Assembly: GCA_050230475.1 (NCBI GenBank)
Contig: JBFLGF010000154.1
Span: 1 to 64,000 of the forward strand
Reading direction: 5' to 3'
Source of the DNA: Ancylonema sp.
Taxonomy: Eukaryota
Length of the DNA: 64,000 nt
Positions 11,586-24,278 of the stretch are shown here, one piece after another. Made by a program: the position numbers and the translations under genes. The stretch's first letter is position 1. Each line of letters begins with the position of its first letter. A model generated the notes under the pieces. It was given only the letters and a program-made list of their open reading frames with translations. It was not told where the DNA came from and searched no databases.

Positions 11586-13223
11586 GTTGTCGGAGGATAA
11601 TGGAGTCTCTCGTCGAGCTCCTGGCTTCGGATTGTGTGTCAAAGCGACTCATGCGCCCACGGGCTCTATTCCTTCAGTAGTTCTGCGTTATTCAACCTCA
11701 AGTGGAACCTAATTCGCTGGTTTAGTCCCTGAAAAAACAGAGTTGCAGTCGTCGGAAAATGATAGGGGACTTAGGTAGGAGGAGCTTCTTCGAACAGGCC
11801 CTAGGGTTTTTGACGTGAGACCTGCATTTCGAGTGTAACCGTCTGGAGCAATCGTCTATTTCGTCTCCGAGGATCTCTGAGGTTTAAGGATTTTGGTCTC
11901 CTGATTCTGAGATCTATTCCTATCCCGCCTTGAAGGTCACTTAGATCTCGAAATTGGAAAGCTGAGGCAGATCAGATGCAGATGCAGATGAGGTGCAGAC
12001 TGAATGTAGCTGAACCAGGGTAGTGTATTGATGTCTGTGTCATAGTTGTCGGTGCAAATGTATATTTTGCTTTCAGTCTTGTGATTGTCGGAGACCCATG
12101 GTGGCTCCTGTCTTGATTATGAACAGGTCACTGTCTAGGATTTTCAAACCCCCATCAGTATAATTGTGCTCATGCTCAATCCTGTTTGGCATGAAACTCT
12201 AGATCTGCATTTATAAATGTTCCTCATCCGTGTTCTTTGGAACAACATTTATAGCAGCATTTAGACCACATGGGCGCGGGATAGTATGAAGGCTGAATGC
12301 AGCTGTGTGAATACAGCAACGAGGATCAGGATCTCCTCTGTTTTGTGAAAGCCAAATTGACCCGAAATCTTCATGTGTGCTGAATAAGTGTGAAGTAAAT
12401 AAGTGTCGTGTATCATCCTTCTGGGATTTTCTGTAATTTTGTAATATGAACCACATACTTTTCTTTCCACCTATTGATAAGTGACCCCACACAATCTTCG
12501 TAGATGTTTTGTGCTTGACGTGTTTGATATACAACGCACCGTGTGTGGTTGTGAGGTTTATTCATAAATATGCACAGCGTAGGGAGAATTAGAAGATGCT
12601 TGCATGCTACCGTACTAAAGTTTGGGAGACCACGAAACAAGATGTCCCCAAATTGATTGAAGTCATGAGTACTTTGGATAACAGTTGGTATTTTTCAAAA
12701 AAATGGTATCTAGGGTCATTTCACACATCCCGTGCCCATGCATGGTACCACGCGATTCCGAGACCTTGTCAATTTTGACAGTGGGCGGAGTTCGTGTTTA
12801 GAGCTGGCCCGAGACCCGTCCGGGGAGAAGGCAAAGTGATGCCGGCTTGATGGTGTCCGGCACTAGTGCGGGACGAGGCTGTCCTCCATCAACAATGGTC
12901 CCCATTCGTCTTGAGTATATTTGGTCAACTATGTTGACTACTAGGAAGCCAAGATTTAAAAAAAAAAAAAAAAAATGTTGGCCACGGACTTGGCAGATGA
13001 CCATGTTTCTACCATTCAAAATGTAATATTTTCCGGTAGCAATTTCGTACAATTCTTATCAACGAAAATCGAATGTTTGAATTGATTCCATGACGGTTCC
13101 ACCATGGCTGACCCCGAAACCGTCCGGAGATGTAGTAGACCAGTGGGGGATCCGGGATCCGGGATCCGGGATGGTACCCATCCCGCATTGCTTAGCAAGT
13201 GCCTCTTGACGCATATCTGATTT

Positions 13224-13461
13224 CCGTACTGGCCATACATAATGGCCCTCAATAATTATGAAAAGAGTGGATCGGGTCGAATTTAGTAATTTATCTTTTG
13301 ATGGAATTGGGCCACCCTACAATGTGGGTCACCATATAATAAATATAAATCAGTAGTCCGGGAAATTTTATATTGGGTGCGGGGGTGGGTCAATTGGTTG
13401 TTCATCGGCACAAATTTGGGTTTTTCTTTCAAAATCGGGTCATTATGTGTGGCCAGAACGA
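13224..13461. mobile_element. Mariner-type MITE, CCGTACTGGCCATACATAATG family (short copy)
   Basis: Termini CCGTACTGGCCATACATAATG...CATTATGTGTGGCCAGAACG. Same left end as 14311. Confidence 0.7.
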
Positions 13462-13616
13462 TACTACCGAGATTGAGTATTTGCACATATTTTGGCATAC
13501 ACAAGCGGATAAGGATTTCGGCACGGTGAGGGTGGGGGCATGCGTGTTATATGCCCCATTTGGGCACGGTTAGTATATTTACCTACCCATGGGTCAACGT
13601 TGGCAACGCTTCCTTT

Positions 13617-13852
13617 CATAGTTGCGTCCCGGACGCGTCCAGACATCCCCGGACGGTCCGGGACGCAACCAAGATACAATAAAATAAAAAAATAAATTTA
13701 TTTTGAAATTACACAAATCTAGGGGTTCCGAAGATATGGATATCAGATTTTGGTTGTGGCGTCCGGGTCCAGGTTTCGTCGGGGACGCGACCAGGTCCGG
13801 ACGCATCTCAGACGCGTCCGGAGATCCTCGAACGGCCCGGGACGCAACTATG
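13617..13852. mobile_element. hAT MITE (CATAGTTG family, GTCCGGGAC subterminal repeats)
   Basis: TIRs CATAGTTGCGTCCCGG...CCGGGACGCAACTATG. TSD CTTCCTTT/CTTCCTCT (7/8). Confidence 0.9.
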
Positions 13853-14310
13853 CTTCCTCTACCATGAATTTTGTCGGATAGGATATAGTTTTATGCCCAT
13901 ACTTAAAACGTGGCATATTATTAACCAACTTCACCGAATATTCTTGGCATTCTTTTTTGTTTCATAAAAGGAAGTCGAAGAGCATATCAGTATTCAAGTA
14001 ACAAATAAGTGTATGATAAGCATAGTTGGTCCCGCTCCGCTCGCGGATTTTGTGAACCCGACTCCGAGCACGCTCGCGCGCGAGCCGGATCCGAGCGGAC
14101 TCGCAACTGCGACCCACTGTCAATAAAGAAACATCGAAATGCGACTCGAAGTACACATCCTCCCCTGCGAGGTAATGCCATCCTATTTTGCTCTCTGCTC
14201 TTATATTCGTTACCCAAGTTCGTGTAAGGACCCCGCAAACTCACATCGACTAATGCAACAAATAACATGGTATAATGCATTCTAACGAACACGCTTATAC
14301 GGCGAATATA

Positions 14311-15429
14311 CCGTACTGGCCATACATAATGACCCGCAAATCAATACTGAAAGGGTGGGTCGGGTCAATTTTTTTATTTTATTTTTTTTAAGGTTGGGTC
14401 ACGCCATAAATTCCGAAATCCGGCGTAGTGGTTCAGCATCATAAAATCGATTTGCGGCGAATAAATTTGAGATGCGGAAAATAAATTTTGAAACAAGGGA
14501 AAGTTAACGGTTTGTTAAGTGAAAAGTGAACGGATGAACGGCGTATAAATTTGAGATGAAGAAAAGTGAACGGGTTTTTTCGTGTAAAGTGAACGGATGA
14601 ACGGCGAGTAAATTGGAGATAAAGGAAAGTGAACGCATTTTTTCAATGTAAAATGTTAGAATGAACGGCGAATAAATTTGAGATAAAGGAAAGGGAACGG
14701 ATTTTGAAGTGTAAAGTGAACGGATGAATGGCGAATAAATTTGAGATGAAGGAAAGAGAACGCTTTTGAAGTGAAAAAGGAACGGATGAACGGCGAATAA
14801 AACTGAGATGAAATGAAAGTGAACGGTTTTTTAAGTGAAAATTGAACGGATAAATGGCAAATAAATTTGAGATGAAATGAAAGTGAACAAATTTTTCAGT
14901 TACAAGTGAACGGATGAACGGCGTGTAAATTTGAGATGAAGGAAAGTGAACGAATGAACGGCAGATAAATTTGAGAATAAGGAAAGTGAACGGATGTTGA
15001 GGTGTAAGGTGAACGGATGAACGGCGAGTAAATTGGAGAAAAAGGAAAGTGAACGGATTTTTTGGGTGTAAAGTGAATGGATGAACGGTGAATAAATGTG
15101 AGATAAAGGAAAGTGAACGTCTTTTTTAGTGCAAAGTGCACGATTAGTGAAAATTAAAAATCAGGAAGAAAAAAAATCGACGGCCAAAAGTTACACCCCG
15201 GCGGCTTACATTATCATAATTAGTATGGTACTGGTGCGGTAAAAACTGCGCGTTGTTTTGGGATGGGTCATTTTGCTTGCCGGGTCACGGTAAAATAAAT
15301 GTTTTTTACCCGGGCCATGCTTTTGGGTCACGGGATAATAAATATATTTTGCCCGGGTCAAGTTGCTGGGACATTACAAAAATCGATTGTGTTTTTTTTA
15401 ACCCGGGTCATTATGTATAGGTTCTACGG
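14311..15429. mobile_element. Mariner-type MITE (CCGTACTGGCCATACATAATG family) carrying an internal tandem array
   Basis: TA|CCGTACTGGCCATACATAATGACCCG...CGGGTCATTATGTATAGGTTCTACGG. Confidence 0.7.
14455..15140. repeat. Minisatellite, ~60-bp unit (with some ~35-bp deleted units), about a dozen copies
   Basis: Unit approx GAATAAATTTGAGATAAAGGAAAGTGAACGGATTTTGAAGTGTAAAGTGAACGGATGAACGGC. Confidence 0.9.
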
Positions 15430-16608
15430 AATACGACTTACAATTGTATTATGTTATATTAGCTACATTTCAATTTTTTTTGAAAACTTTGTGTTACATG
15501 CATATATACTCATTTTGAGACCAAAATCCAGTTTTTTTTCTCTTTTCTGTGGGGCTAAGTCGCCTCGCGCGCGAGTCGAATCCAATAAGTCGCGCAAATT
15601 GGTCGACTTGAGGACCCAATATTAATAACATTGTTGGATAAGTATTGTTGACATATCATTGTCACATGGTCACAATCTCCCAAAATTCATACTCACTTTC
15701 GATTAAAGTCAAGAAAAATAGATATTACTTTCCCCTAGTCGTTTTGTTTACATAAAAGTTGATAAATGAGTTTTGTTAATTGTATTTTTCAATTTTCGCA
15801 CAGTTTTCATGTCTTTCTTCCCCCTTAATTATTATACTTTATTTGTTTCCTTTCCAATAGTTCATTTTTTCCCTCATTAAAGCAAACAATATTGTGATTA
15901 TCTTATCGACGTAGAGTAAAAAAAAAAAAACAAGATTTTATTGCATTGGTATATATTTATTTCAATATTCTATTCTCTATAATATATATATTTATATATT
16001 AAAAAAAAAAAAAGTTATCAATTTGTATTTTATAATGTACGAATTTATTAAGTGTATTTACATTTTTATATCCTTTGGCTATTATAACAATGTGTCATTA
16101 TTCCCATAAAATTATTGGTAAAAAAAATATTGCAATTTTATTATTTACAATTGTTTGAGTCAATTGGATAAAATTTTAATTGTACACAAGCCACCGTTTA
16201 CATCATTCGAAGAAAATAAACGCATCACACATAGTACTTTGCATCATTGAATCGAAGGTTTTGATTTAAATTTGCCTCGTACTGATGTCGAAAACCATAT
16301 TGCAAGTGTAATTTTTTTTAAATGCAGATTGAAGAGTTTCACAAATACTTTTTTGATCCAATTTAAGATGTTGGTATGTTACTCCAACGACAAACTTCCT
16401 GGTAGTGCAATTTTGTACAAAAACCAAACAATGTACAAGAGATATCATCAGCAACCTCCAATCTAACAAGGTGAATGCCGAAAATCCAATGCTACACAAC
16501 AACCATTCCGTTTAAGGGTACACTGAAATTCACCTTCCCTGCGCGGGGATGGGTAAAATGACAACAGACTTGGTCTCGTCTGGAAAATAGAGAAATGTAC
16601 ACAAGTCC

Positions 16609-17830
16609 CTAATTCTTTTTGTTGAAAGGGTTTGCAAGGTCAATAGTTTTCTGTGGGGGGCGGGTGTTGGAAGCGTCCAAGTTGTACTTCGCCTTCTGTG
16701 CCTCTCGTTGCGGAGTAGTGAAGGCCTCCTTCTGAGTTGTAGAATCATAACCCTCATCACCACCAAGAGCAGTCTTCACCGCATCAACAGCATTGCCTAC
16801 TGTCTCCTGCACATCATTCTGCAATACGATCACATGAAAAAGTTAGTACATGCATCATTTACCAGAGTTTTTTCACAGCCGGGATAGCTGATTTGACTCA
16901 GCACGACAGTATATATGAACTACCACTCGCATTTCTTCGAGAGAAAAAATGGTGACTTACCAGAATTTTGACAGCTTGTGCCTCGCTATCCTGAGGTTTG
17001 TTTGCATTTGTTACTTCACGAACGGCACCCTTCTTGCTGTTGGTGACGTCTGCAACAGAATCCTTTATTTGCTGACCTACCTCGCCAATTTTCTCCTTGA
17101 TGTCATCAACCTGCAACATCACCAGATCCTATGTCATGAGATTTTGAAATATGTACGCGACAAGTGTACATTCCCCGGTGCATATTTGTCTCAACTGGAC
17201 TTAGAATGGATGCGTAATACATGTAAGTATGTAACGTACCTGATTTGCCTTCACGACCAATCGCATAGAGCGGGAGCTAGAGGAGAGGCGTGCAGTCCTG
17301 AAAGGCGACACAAACATGCAATTAATTTATATGAAAAAATCTAATCCATTTCTAATCTCGACAAGCAGGAAGTAGCCAAGAATGTCCACCCGAGCTGTGG
17401 ACATGTCTAACGGTGGACAATGTAGTGATAGTAGAAGAAGACAACCCGACACCATCCAGTATACTGAATTCGAAAATCCTACCCTTCCCAATTGCACTGC
17501 TGACAGAGCGCTTGAGAACGGAGAAGAATGGGACTAACAATGAGAGCATCGAGCTAACTTCAGGCCACAGCCACAGCCACAGCCACAGCCACAGCCACAG
17601 CCATAGTCACAGCCACAGTGACATGTGATCAAGTGCACTCTGAAAAGTGCTGAAGTGATGCCAGATCAAGTTGGCCTCCATTTGTGTATCCGGTCTCACC
17701 AATTGCAAATCGAAACATCTGACGTATCTCAGAGAGACTCAAAGTACCTGCTGGTGGTGGATGAGAAGGACGCAGAGGAAAGTGATCCAGCCAAGACTAA
17801 ACTCGCGGACGTCATTGAGAGAGCTGCCAT
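16609..17830 (-). CDS. Small plastid-targeted hydrophilic (LEA/hydrophilin-like) protein, ~166 aa. Exons 17830-17748, 17297-17240, 17110-16961, 16818-16609
   Basis: GT-AG exons in phase. Ser/Ala/Arg-rich transit peptide MAALSMTSASLV...SMRLVVKA, then a charged amphipathic mature part VDDIKEKIGEVGQQIKDSVADV...VQETVGNAVDAVKTALGG. Product name is inferred from composition only. Confidence 0.7.
17563..17620. repeat. (GCCACA)n hexamer microsatellite in intron 1
   Basis: Direct reading. Confidence 0.9.
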
Positions 17831-18348
17831 GACTAGTAACTTGCTATTCGCAGGTCGTCGGTAATAGCGGGTAGTGTAATTGTAGTATGTGAAGCGCTAA
17901 TGAGTTTGACGTAAATATAGCAGGAGAAATATTTCGGATTTGGGATGCAGGTCAACTTCCAGGATAAGCTTGCGAGACTTTGGAGATTTCCCACGGTGCA
18001 CATGGCGGGCTCTGGTGGCGAGGATGCTGTGGGCGACACTTGTAGTCAAACGAAGACAGAAGTCCGAGAGCCGTGGTGGTCCGACTGCTCGCGTGGCAAG
18101 CAGAATGAGCAAACAAGGTCCCGATCTGGCTACCGTGGCAAAAATGCTCTGGTGTGCTGCTTCCACGTGTGTAATATTGCGTGTCGCACAGCCAGCACGG
18201 AAAGTTTGCCCCAGGGATGGGGCACAGCCCGCAGCCCAGGCCAACTCCCAGCCCGGACAAGGGTCGACCCTGCACGGATACCGTGCCCGCCATATTTTTA
18301 GCGCGACTGGAGGATGCCTGTCTATATTTATATATTTGGGCGGGAATA

Positions 18349-18619
18349 CTGTAGTGGGCACCGTAAATGATTTTTAATTAATTATTGAAACCCGAAAGTA
18401 ATAATTTATATTAATACCTATGAGTTCCGAATCATCAACCAAAAATCATTGATATTAATACCACTTTTAGATTTGTTTTGAATTTTGTATGTAGGCTTCA
18501 AGAAATCATTGCCAAAAATCATCAATAACAACTACCGGATTCCCGGAATCTTTATTACAAATCATTAACAAATTAATTCGTTTTGAAAAAACAGAAATCA
18601 TTTACGGTGCCCAGTACGG
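18349..18619. mobile_element. Tc1/mariner-type MITE, CCGTACTGGGCACCGTAAAT family
   Basis: TA|CTGTAGTGGGCACCGTAAATGATTT...AAATCATTTACGGTGCCCAGTACGG|TA. Confidence 0.85.
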
Positions 18620-20465
18620 TAAACTAATGACGTAAGTAGGTTATTAATCCATAGGTCATGCCCTTATCAACCGTTGAAGGGGTAGGGCTAAGAGGCGGGG
18701 ACTTTTGTGTATTTAAAAATGAAGCAGGGCTATGCGGCAGGTATGGTACATCAAAATGGGTTGGATTGAGCCCCCGTTCCCAAACTTGGACCTCGATTTG
18801 GTGGGACTAGGTGGGTTCGGGAAAGAGTCCGCACTTGGGATACAAAATAGTACTCATTGAGACAAGTTCGGAAATAGAAGAGGTAAAGCGGACAAGAATC
18901 ACACTTGTAATTCGCCACAAACACGAGTGACAAAACGCTAATGTCTATATTGCTTTTTGAAGTCACCACAATACAAGCTTTCGGTTGCCATTTTGGCTTT
19001 CCAACCTATTTGGATTGTGCGGAGATCTATGCAATCCCGTTGACATTTACATTGGTGCGAGTATGAAGCCTCGAGACATACAGTACCAGCCAGAGACAAC
19101 TCGCCGAAAAATGATTATTATGTTGCCTAGCGCACATGTTTTTGGCGCGTACTGAAATAATTAGTTTGACCACGCTAGCGCATACTTTTAACGCAAATAA
19201 AATATACAAAAAAACATCCGAAACACCTGGCGCATTTGAAAAGTATTCATCCAAAATTTGTGTGGCGGACACTTTTGGAGCATCCTAATCAATCAAAATT
19301 TGGCTGGCGCAACTGCTTGGAGCCTACTTTAAAAAATCAAATTCCCGATTTGCTGGCGCATTATCTCTGGCACGTAGGTGCCTTAGATATCACATACCGT
19401 CGATTTTGCGTCGATAGCGTCGATTGCGTCGATAGCGCCGATTTTGGGCGTTGGCGTAGAAACACGGTACGATGTACCTGTAATTTTCCAAAAATTATAG
19501 AGAGACTGGGAGACGGATAGACGGGGAAACACAAAGATGATGAAACGAAGGAGTTTGCGACGGCGCGACGGCAGTGGAGAGTGAAGGAGACGTCATTGAT
19601 CATAACCTTACCCTTCGGCTCCTTTTGCACTTGCCTACATATATCTTGTTGCATAAATTATCATCTCAAGAAGGTGGAGACGGCCAGGAAAGATTTGGAC
19701 CACCAATTTCGCCACCCCTCGGTAGGGAGGCCATACTAGCTAGTGCCGTTGAGGCCGAAAGGGGAATGGTGCGCTTAAAATATTTTCGGGTTGCATGTGG
19801 TAAATTTTTAACAATGACATTAAGTCGTGTATTTACAGGTCTATATTTGTTGGTAAACGTTTGTTATCCCGTGATCATAACTTGTGTGTCCCTATCTATC
19901 CCGTGAACAAAAAGTTGGGTGTGATTTGGTTGCAATGGCCGCCTTAGATGTTTCGAAAATGTTGTGTGCATCCTGCATACTTCCCTCAACGCAAATGCAT
20001 ATCTTAATTGACAAAGGCAAGGCCGCCACTTTTCCAACTTCATTAAACCGCAATAAATCACGTCGACAACCCGCAATTTTACATCAACAGTGCGTGACAC
20101 GATTTGACTTGACCGTCCATTTTAGGTACTATTAATTACGTTTTTGGTGGTTCTTCTATTATCTATCATCTATTATCTATTATCTATTATTTTAGGCGGT
20201 ACTCCTATTATTTTCCTGATAGAATACTCTTGTAGGTCGCCTCTTCTTGTTGGTATTTCCCCCAACACAAGTTAGTTAATCGCCTCCTAGTTCTCATATC
20301 TTTAAAATGAAAACCACAAGTACGAAATTGGACTTCTCTACTCAAATACAATGTAGAGGAGAGAGATTTAATGTAATTTGCATCGTACAACACCATAGAG
20401 CATCATTATACCTAGAGAACAAACAATCGAAAACTGGCGGTGTACATCAGATTTTGGAGTCCTTC

Positions 20466-23400
20466 CTACTTCCTTTTGAGTTGTTTTGATGTGCGAGGTT
20501 TCCGCAACTGGAAAAAATTGGGCTCCTCCGCTAGACTGCAGAAATTATCGTCGCAACTTGAGCGCAATTTCCACCAATTTCGCAAACTGCAAATGGGAGC
20601 ATTGAATCGACGAGTTTGCACAAGCTTTGACGCCAAACAACTTACGAACCTTTGAGAAAAAAAAAACACACCGTGACAAATTGTGTCATAGGGATTAGGT
20701 AGTCAAAGTAGTATAAAGGGTATGTTGCAAAAAAAACAAGAACCCAAAAAAAAAAAAAACAAACAAACAAAAGTACCAAACAACAACTCATTGGAACTAA
20801 ATAACAACAACAACAAAATAAGTAAACAAGCCTCAATCAGCCTCCCACCACATTAATAACGAAAAATCTCACTTCAAGAGAAATCCTAAATAGAACCATG
20901 ACCTTTTAAGGAATAGCGCTAAAAAAGGGTCCCAACCCCTCTACCAATCCAACTCATCACGTTTTTCCAAACATTCCCACATGGGTAATCCCTCACGAAT
21001 GGTAACCCCTCACGAATAATACCCCCTCACAAATGATGACCCCACACGAATGATGTCTCTTACGAATGAATGTCGGCCGAATAGGTCGACCCAAACGTCC
21101 CCAAGAAAACTCGCGCCAAAGCGCATATGGTCTTATCCAAAAAACTGATCACTGTGTGGTCGCTTGTGATGTTAAGGTTTGTGATCGGGGCTGCCCAATC
21201 TTGGAGGTTCATTGGGGGAAGGGTGATAACCGGTAGGGTCTCGTTCTAGCATAAGGGGGTGACCACATACGGTTCTCACTTAGTGTGGCTTCATTGAAGG
21301 CTGTGCCCACGCGTGTGAAGTCGAGTTTCGACATAACGACATTTGCTGTGATGAGAAGTGTGATGTAAGCTGACCCATTGAAAGTCAACACACGCAGAAC
21401 CTCTTCCCTTTTTTTGTTTTTGTTTTTTTGTTTTTTGTTTTTTTTTTGTTTTGCATGTACGCCATACAGGCACACGACCTACTTCTCGTGTGCCACTTGG
21501 CATGCGTGCACGAGACGCGAGAAGTAATCATTATGCGGAGACATTGACATGCAAAACACCCATTTAAAGAAAAAAAACCGTACACAACTGAATGGCCGAC
21601 TTGAAACAATGTACCTTAGGGAAACAAGCCTACAATTACAATTTCCACTCTTTCCTTACTTCTTCATCCTCAATTAAACCCTCTCCCACCCCCCCCCAAA
21701 ACCCACCTCATGTCTTAGCACCTCCTTGAACAATTGAAGCTCCTCCCCCTCCCCATTGGTGGCCACAAAGAGAGCATTGGTCGCCTCCCCCGTCCTGCGC
21801 AACCGCCTCAACTGCTTCACCACGCAAAGTGCCGTCTGGTGGATGGGCAGAAAGCACGGGAGTTTGGTCATGGAACTCCCTCTTGCTTTCCGGCAGTGGT
21901 GGAAAAAGTCCCCGCGGCGCAAATGAAGGGAGGCGAAGCCGTCGATTTGGGAGGCGCTCAGGAATGCTCGAGCGGTCGCCTGCGAGTGGGAAAATGCGGA
22001 GGTGTGTGTATTGACTATATACCCTCCGTCTTTTTGTTTTCCTTGTCTGTTTTTTTTTTTTTTTTTTTTTTTTTTTTCCGTTTTTTTTTTGGGTTGGTTA
22101 ATGTTATGCCGATTTCCCTCTCCCCTTCGTAGGTTGTTTTGAACTTCATTTCCCTAAACATCGCATGTTACTAAGAACAAGTGATTCTTGATTTTTTAAA
22201 ATACCATCATTGTTGTCACAAAATTGACCATCGACCTTAATACACTATTCTTGTTAACATTTTTGTTGTTATCATTATCATTCATTATCATTGTAGTTGG
22301 AAGTGCGAACCAGAACAACAAACATCACTACTGAGATCCTAAAACCCGAACCTGTTGTCCGAAACTCTAAACCAAAAATCAACACCAAACTTACACTCAA
22401 ACCCCGATATAAGAAACCTAAAAAAATCGGGAAAAAGTTTCTTATAGCGAATGTTTCTTACATAAATCACAATTTGAATGTAAAAACGCAGAATTTTTTT
22501 AGCACAAATATTTTCTCATAACGAAGAGTTTCTTATAACGAAGTTTTGTATATCGAGGGTTGAGTATACTTGTATCGCTTGACTCGGAGGCAGCAACCCA
22601 CGACAGGTTTTCAACACTTTCAGATTCCCCCCATGCCCAGATTGGGATTCGGGCTCAATTTCGGCTCCCGACAGCCCGACCACGTTTCCAAAAGCAATCA
22701 TGACGTCATCCGTGGCAAACAGGCGGAGGAAGTCTTTGGTGGGATACGAGAAGAAGCAGTTGGGGGTCCGCTTCTCGGCGATCACTAATTCGTCGATTGT
22801 GATTCCGAGCGCGTCTTTGTATTGTTGGGCGAGGGAGGGACAATGGCGATCGTCCTGGGGGGGGAAATGGGGAGAGGAGGGGGGGGGGAGTGAGGGTTGC
22901 ATAGATGGGCTTTCGTGGCTACAAAAGAAACCCCCTCTCGCTACCCCACACATGAATAATATGTACAAGAGTGGATAGATGTATATAAAGACATTCCATA
23001 CCCTGAGAGCACAAGAAAGAGCGAGCACTAGAAAGCAAAGGATGACGACTTTTTTGCAAGTTTTGAGGGCGGAGTGAGAAAGAGGGATGGCTGACGTTGA
23101 ATATGTGGTGGTGACACGTCATTCGGTGGACGTGCACATCGCCGTCGACCAATGATTGGTATTCGCTCAACGTCATCATCACTTTGGTGCCAAAACAGGT
23201 TTGCGGGGCACTCAAGTCTGCGACGAAAATGGCGAAATAAATAGCAAAAGGATATATTTAGACACACACACAAGCAGAAGCCCAAGCAACAACAAGGGGG
23301 GGGTGGGGAAACAAATGTGGGGGTATGTTGTGTTTCACCACTCTGTTTCACATCATGCCTGCGGCCGTTTGTTTTTTGTTTTTTTTCTGGATTGTTGCTT

Positions 23401-24242
23401 GTACTTGTGCCTGTGCGTATGTCATATATCCTTCTGCCTTTTTTCACCATTTTTTCACGTTGAGCAAGTCACCGGTCCACCACTATTGAAAAAAAGAAAG
23501 GAAAAAAAAATTCAATGAGTTGCTAAGTCGTAGATTCGATGCATCAATAATATACCACGAAAAACCCAAAAAATTGCATAATATATTGAATGGTTCTTGT
23601 ATATCACTTTGTCATATTTCAAATTTTAATAAAAGCCATCGAAGGTTACTTGTAACAGGTATGTTACTTATTTCTTATTTAGGGTTCTACTTGAAGCAAC
23701 AAAGAATAAACACTCACACCTCGACAGAAACCAACCTAAAAACTACCTAAAAACTTCGGGTAAGACATTCCTCACGAACGTTTCTCACGCACGTCACATC
23801 TTGAATGCAAAAACCCGAAAAAAAAGGCCGAAAAACGACTTCTTGTAGCCAAAGACTGTTACGGGTGAAGGCTTTGGGTTTGTTTCCATCTCCTCCCCAC
23901 CCAACAAGTTGTCGTAGTTGTAATCGATTCCCACGGATGGTAGCACAAGCGTGCGGTTGAGGAAAGCGGCGTCCATCATGTGGTGTCGTATGCACATCAA
24001 GCGGTTGCTCAACTGGCCCATGGAACAAATGGCCAACAAAAACCTGGAGTAGGAACCGGAAGCGGAATCGGTACAACGCTAAGTGACTTTTGGAGCCTTG
24101 TTTGGAATTTTGAAAACGGAATTCTCGAACCGTGGAACTTGACGGTTCTTTGAGGAGGAAAATGATAGATTTGAAGAGAAAGGGATCAATGAATATAAGA
24201 AAAAAAAAGTCAAGCATTACAAATAAAATAAAAAAAATATAT

Positions 24243-24278
<36 letters not shown>

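Larger units (their letters stand above)
14021..15622. mobile_element. Degenerate hAT MITE (CATAGTTGGTCC...GGACCCAATATT) hosting a nested mariner-type element
   Basis: Left CATAGTTG terminus. CTCGCGCGCGAG motif near both ends. Right terminus degenerate. Confidence 0.5.

Noticed and set aside
14455..15140. CRISPR-like periodicity
   Set aside because: Whole units repeat with no unique spacers. No cas genes, and the context is eukaryotic.
17897..18377. Several overlapping 110-150 aa ORFs
   Set aside because: GC-rich promoter region of the hydrophilin gene with no domain similarity. One ORF runs into a MITE.
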